From: Alloascoidea hylecoeti
Lineage: Eukaryota
Length of the DNA stretch: 64,000 nt
Assembly (NCBI GenBank): GCA_001600815.1
Contig: BCKZ01000019.1
Coordinates: 1-64,000 of the forward strand
Reading direction: 5' to 3'
Positions 22,801 through 35,646 of the stretch are shown here, piece by piece (within the stretch, counting starts at the first letter, position 1; each line of letters begins with the position of its first letter). Below the pieces are notes generated by a model, which was not told where the DNA came from, did no database searches, and worked only from the letters and a program-made list of their open reading frames with translations. Both the position numbers and the translations under genes were made by a program.

Positions 22801-23416
22801 AACGTTATAATGCAAAAATCGACATCATATCAAGTTATGGTCATGGTATATCTGCAGACGTTGATAACCCCTTCAATTTAATTTAAATTTAGATATTTAT
22901 AACTTATTATGGATGTTGATGTTCTGACGTATAAGGTTAGATCCTGCATAGCTTCAAAAATAACAAAATTAGATATTCTAAATTTAAATGGATACCCAAC
23001 ATGTCAAAGCTCAGAGCTGCAATTGTAACCAAAACTTAACTTTTTGCTCTGCGCGCTCTCTTTGTTTTTTACATGGCTGGGAAAAAGTAGTTTTACCAAT
23101 TGCAAGCAATTAAGTTCCCTACTCCCTAGCTAGAGAAGCACAATTGGAAGTCTAGAAAGGTACTTTATATTAACCAGCTACTTCTACTGACGGAATGTTT
23201 AATAGTTATAAATTTTACACGAAATAAACGTAAAATTAATATATGCTCCTAGATATTGATTATAACACTCTATAAAAAATAATATTAATGGAGATAAATC
23301 AAATCTTAATCAAGCATCAATTCAGTAATAAAGTAAATAAAATAAAAAAAATAAAGATACAACCAAAAGAAATTCTCTATATACTAGTCGATAAAACATA
23401 AATCAATGAAAATTCT

Positions 23417-24561
23417 TTAGCTCACTAGAACCCAAAAGAAGAAAAACACAAAGAGTATTCCGAATATCTTTGCAAATAGCCACCTATTGCTAGAGACTGT
23501 AGCAAAGTACTTCAATAACTCTCTTTGAGCACCACTAACATTAAGTGATGTATCTTCTATATTAGCATCTATTCTTTGAACAACTTCTCTCTGTTCTGCA
23601 ACCATTGTCGCCAGTTGCTGAAATACACTACCTAGTTCTTGCATTGTAGATTCGATTACTTCCACTGCCATACTTCTTTCTTGTTGATATGTCGTTTGCT
23701 GTTCTTCCATTAACAAAAGCTGTTGAGATTGATCTGGTAGAGATAAGAAATCTTGATCTGCTGGATCATCATACGGCGTGCTAGAACGTGATGATTGTGT
23801 CGTGCCTGAAGCATATGGATTGTTCGACAACCCAGGGGATGTTGTTCGGCCCAACAAATTCGGTGCACTTGATACTGCGCCATTGTTCACATTATATAAA
23901 GGTGACTTGTCACTCATTTGTGGAACACCTCGTTTGGTATGAACACCTGAAGCTGTTGATAAAAATTGTTGGGTTCTGTTTTTGGAAGCTTCCAAGTTCT
24001 TTGTTCGGACTTCCAAGACTCCTTGGAAATTCTCAGTCACATCCGTGAGTTTTCCCTGCAGCAAGTTGACAACATTCTTTGAGTGTTCTCCGACTTGAGA
24101 GTGAGCCTTTGCATTCCAACCATTTTGTCCGGACTTAGAAGAGGCCTGTATATCCGAAAGGTTTTGTTTGATTCTTAGAATATCCTGTTTGATGATGAAT
24201 GTCAATTCTGATATTTCTACTGGCTTATCATCAAATAAAGGTTTCCGTTTGGCCACTAAAAAAAACACAGTCAGGAAATGTTATGTATATAGGATATCAG
24301 AACAAAATTCAACTTACGAAGAGCTAACTGCGATAATCGTTCGGTAGTTTTCTGAATATCTCGGGCAACCTCACTTGCACGTATTTGAAACTCGCTTCTG
24401 TGTGTCCCGGGCTTCTCACCGATGGGCTTCTCTCTTGTCTTCATAGATGCTCTAGATGCCGCCACATTTGACCGGTTGAGCTTTGAGATAGAAGCTACGC
24501 AGGAATGAAATTCATTTGTTCGGTCCTGTAAACTTGAAGGGAGTGTATAAACGGACGTCAT
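23417..24561 (-). CDS. SED5: cis-Golgi syntaxin; exons 24561-24318, 24255-23417
   Basis: LQDRTNEF, LAKRKPLFDDKPVEISELT, IESTMQELG..FQQLA.MVAEQ.E.VQRID, C-terminal TM anchor. Confidence 0.96.
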
Positions 24562-24731
24562 CGTGATAATCAGATGTGCGAGAAGAAAAAAATAACGAAA
24601 TATGAAGTGTAACAAAAGAAATAATTAAAGAAAGTAACTCCAGCTGAGCCAGTCATCCGGAAGCTGTCTAAGTGACATTCCGGGACCCGGTGCAATATTA
24701 AATTTTCATTTTCGTACTATTTAAATTATCA

Positions 24732-27506
24732 CTATTTAAATTTTAAGTACGTTTCTAACTCTTCAGCCACAAGTTTCAGGATTTCTTCTCTAGTTTTATC
24801 ATTGTTCTTGAGGTCTTTGTTTATCCTCGTAAATGTTTCACCATGATGTGGATCTGACGCTATGAACTGCTTAACCAACTCTTCTAGCTCTTCTTTTGTT
24901 CCATATTTACTAAGAAACAAGTACATCCAACCCCAACTATCTCCATAATCTTTATCCAATTGTAGAGCTTTATCAAACCAGCTTTTAGCGCTCGCGTATT
25001 TACCCATCTGTAGGAAAATACTACTCATTATTGCCAAAAGATGAGGGTGAATGTCATTTTCTAATTTATTCGCAATATAGCTAATCCTACTTTTTCTTTT
25101 TCCCGATCGGTTTTCAAACATTAATAAATCTTCACCATAAAGATACGTCGACTTAGGACATTGTTGGAGTGCAACAGCAAGAATGTTTTTCGCTTGACTT
25201 TTATTGCCTGCCCTTCTCTCAAGTCTAACTTTTTCAAGCCAAATGAATTCATTCGCTGGATTCGCAAGGGCTGCTCTATCGAGTCCCGAACGTGCACGAA
25301 TCAAGGCACCCTGTTTTTCATCTAAACGAGATAATAGTAACCATAGTGGAATACTATGAATACACACTTTTGTCCCTTCATTATAAGCTTGTCTTGCCTC
25401 AGAAAACTTACCCAAATGCTCATATATTTGTCCCTTTTGCATCCAAAGTTTTGGTGCTCTAGGGTAACGTTTCAGGCCTTTCGAAATCAAATCAAGGGCA
25501 TCGTCATTTTTCCCTAACTGTCGTGCGAAAACAACACTCTTAGACCATATACGTTCTGTTCCCGCCTCACTTCTAGCTTTTTCAAGAAGTTGAAGTGCTC
25601 GGTCGTTTTCATTATTTGAAGCCTCTAATTTAACCGCCGCAAGCCAAACATCTTCACTATTCTTATTAGCTTCAAATGCTTTAGCAAGAATTTCCCTTGC
25701 TCCATTTACATCTTTGGCACCAACCCATTTTTCTTTTGCATACATAAGCCATAATTCCTCAGTTGTTGGACAATTGGCAACTGCTTTTTCAAACACTTCC
25801 CAAAGAACTGGCTCAGAACCATGATCTTTTTCCAAATGAATTGTAGACTTCCATAAATCAGCATCATTAGGGAACAACTGTAATGCATAGGCATAAATTG
25901 CACGAGCTGTTTCATATTTCTCGTTATCATTAGCGTTTTCGGCATCTTTTTTCCAAATTGATAGCTTCTCTCTTTCTTCTTCATCCTCCAATCCTAATCC
26001 TATGGATGCTTTTATTATTGCATGACATGTTAATAATGCATTTTCTTCTTCACATAATTCCGCTTGCTTGATCCAGCCTTCTCTATCAAGAACACAACCT
26101 GACTTGTTCAGAGCTTTAACAGCCTTTTGCATAATCTTGTCTACTTTTAATGCATCTCCATGAGATTGTTCTTCTAATCTGGCACCCGCAATCCAAATTT
26201 CATGAGAGGCCCTATTGGCCTTTCGAGCAGTATTCAGTACTTTCGGTGCGTTTTCAGCTGTTTCCATATGTGCCAAAGCGAGCCATAACTCAATTGAATA
26301 TGGGACCATTGTGACAGCTGCATTAAGCAAATCTCTTGCTTCTTTTTCATCATCTTCTAAACTGACTAGAGACTTCCATAGCTGCACACTTTTTGGAACA
26401 TTCTCCAAAGCCTTCCGAAGCACAAGTTTTTTTGAATGATTATCTGTTTCTAAATCAGAAGCTGCTAACCATATCTTAATACTTTTTGGTAAACGTTGAA
26501 CAGCGTTAGCTGCAACAATTTTAGCACTTCGTAAATCATGTTCCCGGTGCAATACAATATTTTCAAGCCATATGTCATCATTGTAAGGGCATTTTGCACA
26601 ACCTTCTTCAATATATTTACGAGCTTGTGATGGTCGTTTAGCAGCTTTTTCTACCCGTGCCATACTAATCCAGGCGCTTGCATTGGAACCATTTGCTTTG
26701 ATCATACCTTTAATCAATTGTCTCGTTTGACGAATATCACTAAGACTATTAGTAGATTGTACAGATTCTCTTTGCATTTCGGTTAAATATCCTTCCACGT
26801 CGACTTTATTTTTATTATTTGATAACCCACCGATTGTATCTAACTTCAGGCCAAGCATACGGTCTCTAGCTGATGAAATCGATTTGAAGTCTGTAACTGC
26901 ACCATCTGTGCCATCAACTGTACTTATAGAACCTTCTAGTTGGGCACTGGATCTAGCAGCAGTTAATAAACTATCAGGAGTTTGATAGAATCGCCTTTCT
27001 CCTTGAGCAGTTTTTCTTGCTCGTTTATTCTTTCTTGTCAAATCTCCTGCTTCAGGTAAGGCTTCCCATTCTTCATAAGTAACACCTGCCAACCCTCTCT
27101 TTAAGTCCGCAAACTGGGCTGAAATTTTTGGATTATTCTTTTCAAACAGTTTTCTTTCTTCCTCTTCTCTAGCTAATCTTTGTAATTTTCTTCGCGATTC
27201 CATTTTTTCATCAATCATCTTATAAATATTATCTGCTTCCTCATCATCTTTATCAAATCGATCATTTGCAAATAAACCAACATCATTTTCAGCGTCTTTA
27301 AACCTTTCATCACCACCATCATCACTGCCATTACCGTTTTCATCACCACCAGCTCCGTAATTTCTTTGAAATCCCTGGTCATCACCTCCTAAACCCTTTC
27401 GAGCTGTACCTATATCAGATCTTGTCGTAAACCCGGTGGCACCTCTACCTATTCCAGCCACATAGCCTAAAGGGGCTGGCAAATCTAAAAAAGATTTGCG
27501 CTCCAT
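24732..27506 (-). CDS. PRP6: U4/U6.U5 tri-snRNP factor Prp6
   Basis: FLDLPAPLGYVAGIGRGATGFTTRSDIG, QFADLKRGL, long HAT/TPR repeat array. Confidence 0.96.
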   Translation of the reverse strand: MERKSFLDLPAPLGYVAGIGRGATGFTTRSDIGTARKGLGGDDQGFQRNYGAGGDENGNGSDDGGDERFKDAENDVGLFANDRFDKDDEEADNIYKMIDEKMESRRKLQRLAREEEERKLFEKNNPKISAQFADLKRGLAGVTYEEWEALPEAGDLTRKNKRARKTAQGERRFYQTPDSLLTAARSSAQLEGSISTVDGTDGAVTDFKSISSARDRMLGLKLDTIGGLSNNKNKVDVEGYLTEMQRESVQSTNSLSDIRQTRQLIKGMIKANGSNASAWISMARVEKAAKRPSQARKYIEEGCAKCPYNDDIWLENIVLHREHDLRSAKIVAANAVQRLPKSIKIWLAASDLETDNHSKKLVLRKALENVPKSVQLWKSLVSLEDDEKEARDLLNAAVTMVPYSIELWLALAHMETAENAPKVLNTARKANRASHEIWIAGARLEEQSHGDALKVDKIMQKAVKALNKSGCVLDREGWIKQAELCEEENALLTCHAIIKASIGLGLEDEEEREKLSIWKKDAENANDNEKYETARAIYAYALQLFPNDADLWKSTIHLEKDHGSEPVLWEVFEKAVANCPTTEELWLMYAKEKWVGAKDVNGAREILAKAFEANKNSEDVWLAAVKLEASNNENDRALQLLEKARSEAGTERIWSKSVVFARQLGKNDDALDLISKGLKRYPRAPKLWMQKGQIYEHLGKFSEARQAYNEGTKVCIHSIPLWLLLSRLDEKQGALIRARSGLDRAALANPANEFIWLEKVRLERRAGNKSQAKNILAVALQQCPKSTYLYGEDLLMFENRSGKRKSRISYIANKLENDIHPHLLAIMSSIFLQMGKYASAKSWFDKALQLDKDYGDSWGWMYLFLSKYGTKEELEELVKQFIASDPHHGETFTRINKDLKNNDKTREEILKLVAEELETYLKFK

Positions 27507-27678
27507 TGTGATGTTTAGGGAAGGTGAAATGGAATAATATGTAACTTTCTTGGTCTAATTTTCTTTATAATTAATCATAAATTTAAAATGATAATAATAC
27601 TAATAACATCCTATCACACACACAAAATTTTATTTTTCAAAGAATTTTTTTTTTTGATCTTTTCACTATAATTAAAAA

Positions 27679-29253
27679 ATGTCCAAGCGTGTTGCTGATA
27701 CAAACACAATTCCCAATAAGTCAATCAGAACTGAGGGATCAGGGGGATCAGGCCCTTCAGCTAGAAGCAAAGATGTGGATATGCAAATTGATACTGAAGA
27801 CACAGAAGAACAATTTGAAGATCTATATGAAGATGAATTTGAGAGTGATGGAGAAATCTTTGAAGTTGATGGAAATGATGAAGATGAGGATGAGGATTTA
27901 GAATTAACAGCTGAACAACAAGCTGAACAAGCTGCTATTAATGCACAGAGGGCAGTCGAAGAAGATCAAAAACAAGCTACTAATAACGAGGAGAGTTCAA
28001 TATATTTACCTCATAGATCACGACCATTAGGTCCAGACGAAGTTTTGGAAGCTGATCCTACTGTTTATGAGATGCTACACACCATAAATGTTCAATGGCC
28101 TTCTCTTTCTTTTGATATTTTTACAGATTCCTTAGGAAATGAAAGAAGAAACTATCCACAGAGTGTTTATTTAGTCGCTGGTACTCAGGCTGCTAGACCA
28201 AAGGATAATGAATTAACGGTAATGAAAATGAGTTCATTAGGAAAGACATTAATTAAGAACGATGATGAAGAAAGTGATAATGAAGATGAGGATGACAATG
28301 ATGATATTGATGTTGATCCCATTTTAGAACATAAAAGTTTACCATTAAATTCAACTACAAATAGAGTAAGATTATCACCACATTCTGCTACAACGGGTGA
28401 ACATTTAGCAGCAAGTATGTCAGAAAATGGAGATGCTTACATCTGGAACCTTTCAACACACTTTAAATCTTTCGATACACCAGGAACTATAGTGTCGAAA
28501 CAGTCAAATAAACCGGTTTTCACAGTTAGGGCACATGGTAATGTTGAAGGTTATGCTCTAGATTGGTCGCCTAAAATTTCCTCCGGCGCTTTACTCACTG
28601 GTGACTGTTCAGGTCGTATACATTTAACTGTGCGTGATACTAGTAATTGGCGTACAGACAAATTACCCTTCTTAGGTCATCAAGGTAGTGTTGAAGAATT
28701 ACAGTGGAGTCGCACGGAGAACACAGTGTTTGCCAGTGGTGGTACGGATGGATTCATTAAAATCTGGGATACACGATCTAAAAAACATAAAGCATCATTA
28801 TCAGTCCGCGCCTCAAATAGTGACGTTAATGTAATGACATGGTCTTCAAAAATTAGTCATTTATTGGGCAGTGGACATGATGATGGTACTTGGGGAGTTT
28901 GGGATCTTCGTTCTTTCAAGAGTGGTACTACACCAACCCCAGTTGCCTCATTTGATTTCCATAAAGCACCAATTACATCTATAGAATTCCACCCAACTGA
29001 GGAATCCATATTAGCTGTTGCTTCAGAAGATAATACTGTCACGTTGTGGGATTTAGGTGTTGAAGCAGATGATGAAGAAATAACAATACAGAAAAATGAG
29101 GCAAAAGGTGAATTGGAAGATATTCCTCCTCAATTATTGTTTGTTCATTGGCAAAAAGATGTTAAGGAAGTTCATTGGCATAAACAAATTCCAGGTGCTT
29201 TAGTTTCTACTGGTGGTAATGGTATTGCAGTTTGGAAAACAATTAGTGTATAA
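27679..29253 (+). CDS. RRB1: Ribosome assembly WD40 protein Rrb1
   Basis: LEADPTVYEMLH..WPSLSFD, EGYALDWSP, DIPPQLLFVHWQ, WHKQIPG. Confidence 0.96.
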   Translation: MSKRVADTNTIPNKSIRTEGSGGSGPSARSKDVDMQIDTEDTEEQFEDLYEDEFESDGEIFEVDGNDEDEDEDLELTAEQQAEQAAINAQRAVEEDQKQATNNEESSIYLPHRSRPLGPDEVLEADPTVYEMLHTINVQWPSLSFDIFTDSLGNERRNYPQSVYLVAGTQAARPKDNELTVMKMSSLGKTLIKNDDEESDNEDEDDNDDIDVDPILEHKSLPLNSTTNRVRLSPHSATTGEHLAASMSENGDAYIWNLSTHFKSFDTPGTIVSKQSNKPVFTVRAHGNVEGYALDWSPKISSGALLTGDCSGRIHLTVRDTSNWRTDKLPFLGHQGSVEELQWSRTENTVFASGGTDGFIKIWDTRSKKHKASLSVRASNSDVNVMTWSSKISHLLGSGHDDGTWGVWDLRSFKSGTTPTPVASFDFHKAPITSIEFHPTEESILAVASEDNTVTLWDLGVEADDEEITIQKNEAKGELEDIPPQLLFVHWQKDVKEVHWHKQIPGALVSTGGNGIAVWKTISV

Positions 29254-29470
29254 ATTTTTCATACGACTATAGTACTACTATAATTATTCAAGTCATATGT
29301 TATATATTATAATTAGCTGAATATGATTACCAACACCTTAATTAATCCAAAATCCCAATTAAATACTCATTTTATTCTTTTAACATTATGTTGTTGCCCT
29401 ATACATATGCATTCCCATTTATATAAATTATATCTCAATAAAGTAGCCAATACCAATATTAGCATTTTGT

Positions 29471-30274
29471 TTATAATAGAGGGGTTTGTTCATTAACGAC
29501 TCTTGGGTTAGTGGTGATTGACTCAGTCTTTGGTTTAACCCACTCAAAGTAAACACACATTGATAAAACAACACCCTGTAAACAAGCCGCGGTAAAGTAA
29601 GGAAACCAAGAACTCCATTTTGTTCCTTCTCTCATAGCAAGACTGGCAGCCCAAGCAAACCCACCAGGGGTCTGGATCCACATCATTGGAATACTTAATG
29701 AACCAGCGTGTCTTAATTTTGCGGTAGTATGAATCTGGGGTAGATATTGAACAATTGCCAATATAGTTCCTATTATACCTAATAAATCTGCGGTGAAGAT
29801 GATATACTCGGGGTACCAAACTACTACAATAAAAGCAACCAGTGAAGCAATTATCGCGTGTGCTAAACATATTTGACCAGTCGTTACAATTTTGACGTAT
29901 TCATCGTGAGGTTCTAACAGTTGGTTTCTTGTATAAATTAAACAAAATACTAGAATCAAGGCCGCAGATACCGTTTGGATACCGATCTGTATTATTCCCA
30001 AGGTAGCAGCAAAACAGTCACCACCAGCTATAACTTTGCAGCAATTGATTATACCCCCTGATAGCATTAAGATATTGAGGAAGGCACAGGTGCCTGATGT
30101 AACACCCAACAACAAGAACCATGGACTGATACCCTCAGAAGTTCTCCTCTTGATGATCCTTATATGCTGAGGCAGATATGAAAAAAATATGCCAATAGCC
30201 AGGGATATTGCTACGAACGAGGCAAAATGAGACGGATGTTCGAACGGAGCGCAGTCCTGTTCGTGATTGTACAT
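29471..30274 (-). CDS. PQ-loop repeat membrane protein
   Basis: SYLPQH..II.RRTSEGISP, QYLPQI, GSLSIPMM.IQTPGG; C-terminal EQTPLL dileucine-type vacuolar sorting motif. Confidence 0.9.
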   Translation of the reverse strand: MYNHEQDCAPFEHPSHFASFVAISLAIGIFFSYLPQHIRIIKRRTSEGISPWFLLLGVTSGTCAFLNILMLSGGIINCCKVIAGGDCFAATLGIIQIGIQTVSAALILVFCLIYTRNQLLEPHDEYVKIVTTGQICLAHAIIASLVAFIVVVWYPEYIIFTADLLGIIGTILAIVQYLPQIHTTAKLRHAGSLSIPMMWIQTPGGFAWAASLAMREGTKWSSWFPYFTAACLQGVVLSMCVYFEWVKPKTESITTNPRVVNEQTPLL

Positions 30275-30440
30275 TCTTGTTTATACCGCCGTTTAGCTAT
30301 TCTCCTGTTGCAGTTTAAATCTAAGATTCCAAACACCCACACACCAATAGATGTACGGGTGTCCCACAGCCAACCAGAGCCCCAGAAATAAACAAACCTT
30401 CTAATAAAACATCTTCAACATCTAAATAACATCTTCAAAA

Positions 30441-30880
30441 ATGGTTCTTTTGGCAACAGAGCTCGCAGAGACAACGAGGTACACCCTTTCAAGGGCTGAC
30501 ATGCGGGCAAAAGTTTTGTCTTTGTATCGTAGATGCCTCCGAAGTTCGGCCGAAATATCTGAAATGTATGCCCTTAATATGGCTACTGCCGGTGTTAGAA
30601 CAAAGATAAGACAAGAGTTTGAAAGACAGAGATTTGTTAGTGATATAAGGGTCATCAACATTATATATGCTAAAGGCCAGATGGAGTTCCAGGTAAGTCA
30701 AAGTAACTAGCAGAATTCATTGCGCATATAAACATTAACATTGACATATTTGATCTGATTTAGGAAACTCTCAACTTTTGGAAACAAGAATGTCATGTAA
30801 TGAGATATTTCCAAGAAGAAGAAAATTACAATGCTGCTCCAAATTCATTCATGGAGAAATTCTTGAAAGGAAATGCTTAG
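30441..30880 (+). CDS. Complex I accessory subunit B14/NDUFA6 (LYR family); exons 30441-30692, 30764-30880
   Basis: VLSLYRR, RTKIRQEFER, KGQMEFQ|ETLNFWKQECHVMRYF, FMEKFLKG. Confidence 0.92.
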
Positions 30881-31019
30881 GTTATCATATTAAATTATAT
30901 CACAAAAAAACACATTAAAAATATATTATGCATAGGTAACCTCAATATATTGTTTTAGATCAAAAAAGAAGATTGTATACGTATGCTCATTATAGTATGT
31001 ACATTCATAACTTTTAATT

Positions 31020-31893
31020 TCATGCCTCAATCGTTGCCAATGCTCTCTCAACTAGTTTTCCTGATGGATCTAATGCTTTTAAGAAACGGGCTAGTTCTTC
31101 ACACATATCCCATTCTCCTTCCTCTACTGCTCTTTTAAAAACTCTCATTGTATCATCTTCCGGGATCCTTAGCTCGTCCAATGTATTTAAAATCAATAAG
31201 AAATTAACTGCAGTTTTCAATTGTCCTTCCGATAAACATTTTTCAAATAGTGCCCTCGGTGTTTCAGGAACCACTGAATATAAATTTTTCCAATAATGAA
31301 CTTCAATTTTTCTTGTAAATGATGCCAAAACTGTTAAGAAATGTGGGGTTGATTGTAATAATTTAATAACTAATCGTAATGTTTTAATATTTTCTTCAGA
31401 ATTTGGATTGTCTGCTTGAATAACAATACTAAATAATAATAATTCCAAAACATGCGTAAAATATTTTAACTTTTTAAATTTATTCGATATTAAATAAGCT
31501 GATTCAGAATCTGCTTCTGATAAAAATTTTAAAAGAACACTATGCAAGAAGACTGTACTTCTTGTTCGTTGTTTCCAGAAGGAAACACCAACATTGCGTC
31601 GTTGAATTAATTCATTCTCAATACCCATTACGATACCCTTATGACTTAATACTGATAATGGGTAAAAATCAACTCCTGTTGTTAATTGTATTGGCTTCGT
31701 TAGTTTTTTTAGGTCATTTGGTAAATCATTGATTATCCACATCACTGTATTTGTTCCTGTAAATGCTGTAATAAATGTTCCAAATGCACCATTTGTTGTT
31801 AGTTCAAAATATTCTATACTATTGTGGAGAACAGTTTTCTCATATTGAACTACTTTTTTAGTTGGTACTGAACTTAGTGTGGTATTGTTGTTG

Positions 31894-31937
<44 letters not shown>

Positions 31938-34232
31938 GGAATTAGAATTAGAATTAGAATTAGGAGTTGTGATTGTGATTGTGGTATTTGAATTAAGGTT
32001 TGGAGTTGTTTTACTCAATATGTTACTTGGTGTTAATAAATTTAGCATCCCGTCTAACAAAAGCAAGATGTAAGTATTCGATAAATCACTAACTTCTTCA
32101 AACCGTGAACTTCCCATTGTCATTATTTCATTTTTATTTGAAAAACAATTAAAAGCACGAACACGGGCTGGGGAGTGAATAACACCTGCCAATGAAATTT
32201 CTTGTAACAACTGTACTGAGATAAGTTGTGAGTTATTACCGGTACTTCCATTACCATTACCATTAATGTTTTGTCGAGATTTTGGCACCGGAGAAATAAC
32301 AAATTGGTATAATTCATTATTCAACGTATAAACATAAAGACATTTCCCTTCAATTGATAAATGAAGAATCGGGGATGAAAATTGTCGTAACCATAACTCA
32401 TTACCACCTTTTAGTTCCCGATCAGGAGAATATATAAGAACTTCATAATTCTTTTCATTGGTTGTTGATATGACAATAAGTTCATTAAACCAACACATTG
32501 AGCCTCTAACACAAAAATCACCTCCCATATAATCATTACTGTAAACACTCCATTTTGCAGTTGGGAAACAATAGCAAGCTAAACCTCTAGTACCAGCTAC
32601 GACAACATATTTCCCATCTTTTGAACAACTAACAACGCGTAGAGGCCAATTATCGGAAATATATTTCTGTGGTATATTGATAACTTGCCAAAGCAAAGCA
32701 TCATGGCTTATAGTCATTAAATCAGACTGTTCATGGCCTTTATAAACCCAAACATTGGAATCAGTATATAGACATGGTCTAGCTAAATTATCTCTTGAAT
32801 AGTTCCCAATTAAGCTCCACCTAACGGTTTTTAATAAAAATAATTGTAATGAATTATTTGAAACCATTGCAATAGAATTTCCAGAATGTGACCATTCAAT
32901 ACAATTAACATTTTGAAGCCATGTTTCTTTTTTAACACGATCCGTATCCGATATAAATGAAGAACTATTTAAATTTCCAAAAACTGAATATATGGACCAG
33001 CCTTTTTCATATGAAACAAATAAAGCATTCCCATCAGTTGACCATTTCAATTTAACGATACCACCAGATCTAGAGGTTGGGACCAAAGGATTTAAAATAT
33101 TTAGTAAGACAATGTTCCCAGCATAATCACGAACATTATAATGATATACTTGGCCTGTGTTGGTTCCGACTGTTAGTAAGCTGTACCTTGCATTTATTGC
33201 GACACATACTGCGGGTTTTAATTTCACCTGCTGACCTAAATGTCGTGAATAACGCGATGTACCTGATTTATGAAACGAATGACCATTAAATAGTGTAGGA
33301 TATGCTGTGGTAGAAGGAGATGACGAAGCCGATGTAGGTGTATCGATTTGTGTAATGGCCCACGCTTCTCCAGAAGAGCTAACCCATGCAAATAATCCCA
33401 TAGCTCTATTCCATTCTATATTTATTATATTCTCATTTTCCTTAAAGCTAAACCATTTCATTTTTTCCAGTAATTCAGATCTTATTTTCTGTCTCCCATT
33501 GCCATTCCCATTTCCATGTTCAGATGATCTGATCATAGGCACAAACTGAACTGCTTTTGGTGTTTCAGTTACGATCAACAATTCATTATCCATAGGTATC
33601 AAATGTCGCACTCCTGACTCAATTTTAATAGCCATAGTATACCGTATACTAACTTGTTTAAACAGTGGAGGTCCATCATCACTAGTAGAAGAGGAAACTG
33701 AACCATCTACATCGGGATCGTGAGTTTTTGAGGTACTCATCGGGCCCAGCCAATTTGGAAAATAGAATTGATAAATCTCTGGAGTATCATCGTTTATAGA
33801 ACTTAAAGTGAATGTTAAAATATTGCCTGTTTCTGTAGATAATATGATTGTGTTTGTGTCTGGAGAGGTGTATAAGGATTTGTTTTTACCATGAGATAGA
33901 AGTGAAGAATCATCTCTGATATAAGCAGCGATGGGAGCGCATGGGGATGTTTGGTATAGATATAACCCTCTCCAGGTCATCGCAACAAGGTAAAGACTCA
34001 TTTTCACATAGCATATACTTATTATCTCAAAGTCTGAGGTTGTTGAAGGTTTATCGGTAGCCTGTGATTCTTGAAGCAGAGCCTCGTTGTCACCATCGTC
34101 CCCGGTCTGGGTTTCGGCACTGTCTGAAGCCCCACGGCCAAAGGAAAATGGAAGTTGAGAAGCACGTGGCAGCTGCTTTGGAGGCAGTTCGGGCAGCCTA
34201 AGAACTTCTGGAGAAACAGCAGGCCAGATCAT
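31020..34232 (-). CDS. RIC1: Ric1, subunit of the Ypt6/Rab6 GEF
   Basis: MIWP start, WD-like propeller, YISDNWPLR...DGKYVVVAGTRGLA.Y, DFYPLSVL..KGI, RKIEVHYW..L, WDMCEELARFLKALD. Confidence 0.9.
31880..31965. repeat. (ATT)n/(ATTAGA)n microsatellite encoding poly-Asn/Asn-Ser in RIC1
   Basis: Visible tandem trinucleotide and hexanucleotide repeat. Confidence 0.9.
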
Positions 34233-34407
34233 ACAAAAAGAGGTTTTCTTGCTGTTCTATTCTAAGAATACTAGCTATATTTTAGGCTAATTTTTAACCA
34301 TTCCAGTTTTCCTACATGTGTTACCCGGATACTATTAGTCAAAAACAAGATCACCTTCTCGTTGTCTTCTTCACACCACTCCTTATTCTCAATAAGTTAT
34401 ATATACA

Positions 34408-35228
34408 ATGGTATGTATTTTTGGTCCTTTTGGCTTCTTCATTTTTAGTAGGTTGCTTGCCCCGGTGTGGTAGCAATTCGTGTCCTCGGATTGATCGGCA
34501 TTGACCTCTACGTCGGGTCGTGGCAATTGGAACAACCTGCTTCTCGTGTGATCGCCATTGTTCATTCCCCACCATTCGCCATCCATTGATCTTTGTACTA
34601 ACATTTTTTAAATTCTTTATAGTCTCGATCTGGGTACGTCTCAATTTTTCCGCGATCGATTCGTTGATTTGTTGATTTGTCGATCGGTTGATCTCCCTAG
34701 ATCTTATTTATGAACCAACGAACTAACTGAACTTCTCCAGTGTTGCCGTCAACGACTCATCCCTTGCCGCATTCAACGACTTAAAGTTGGGTAAAAAGTA
34801 TAAATATGCTATTTTTGCCTTAAACTCAAGCAAAACTGAAATTGTTGTTGAGAAGACCTCATCCGAACAGGATTATGACACCTTCTTAGGAGATTTGCCT
34901 GAAAATGACTGCAGATATGCTGTTTATGATTTCGAATACAACTTAGAAAGTGGTGAAGGCAAAAGATCAAAAATCATTTTTTACACTTGGTCCCCTGATA
35001 CTGCTCCAATTAGAGTAAGTTTTTATAGTTATGATTTTAAAAACGATATAAATGTTTACTAACTGGGATTGCAATGGCCAATAGAGCAAGATGGTATACG
35101 CTTCCTCAAAGGATGCATTACGTCGCGCCTTGAACGGTGTCTCAACTGATATCCAAGGAACAGATTTCAGTGAAGTTGCTTATGAATCTGTTTTGGAAAA
35201 AGTCAGTCGTGGCGCAGGAAATCATTAA
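34408..35228 (+). CDS. COF1: Cofilin; exons 34408-34410, 34623-34633, 34741-35014, 35085-35228
   Basis: Spliced product MSRSGVAVND...[11 protein letters not shown]...[10 protein letters not shown]...[28 protein letters not shown]. Confidence 0.96.
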
Positions 35229-35646
35229 ATTAATCCTTGTTTTTTTTGTTTTTCCGCTCGTTGTTATTTAATTTAATAACCTTACGAACTATACATTTTT
35301 GAAGCTGAGGAGTGAAGGTTATAATATAAAATTGTTATAAACCCCTTTTTTTGTTTTAAATTGAATGAAAATATATATTTATAACTAACTTGTGCTTGTG
35401 CTGGCAATAATATCGTCATCGTATTACGTAACTGTCCGTGTAACCTGATCCCAGCGTAGGGTAACTTTATAGGAACACATAGAAAACAAAATTTTCAAAT
35501 TGAAATTTTCAGGTTAAAAATTCTTTTGCTAACCTTCAATAGTTCAAGCAGAAAGACTGGTTTTCATCATATTTTCTTCTTTTAAAGGTTTATATATGGG
35601 ATTCTAAACCTCACAACTCTGTGCTTCTCATAAATAATTACATAAT

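Noticed and set aside
34316..34644. Three short ORFs around the COF1 start
   Set aside because: They overlap the cofilin promoter and intron 1; no recognisable product.
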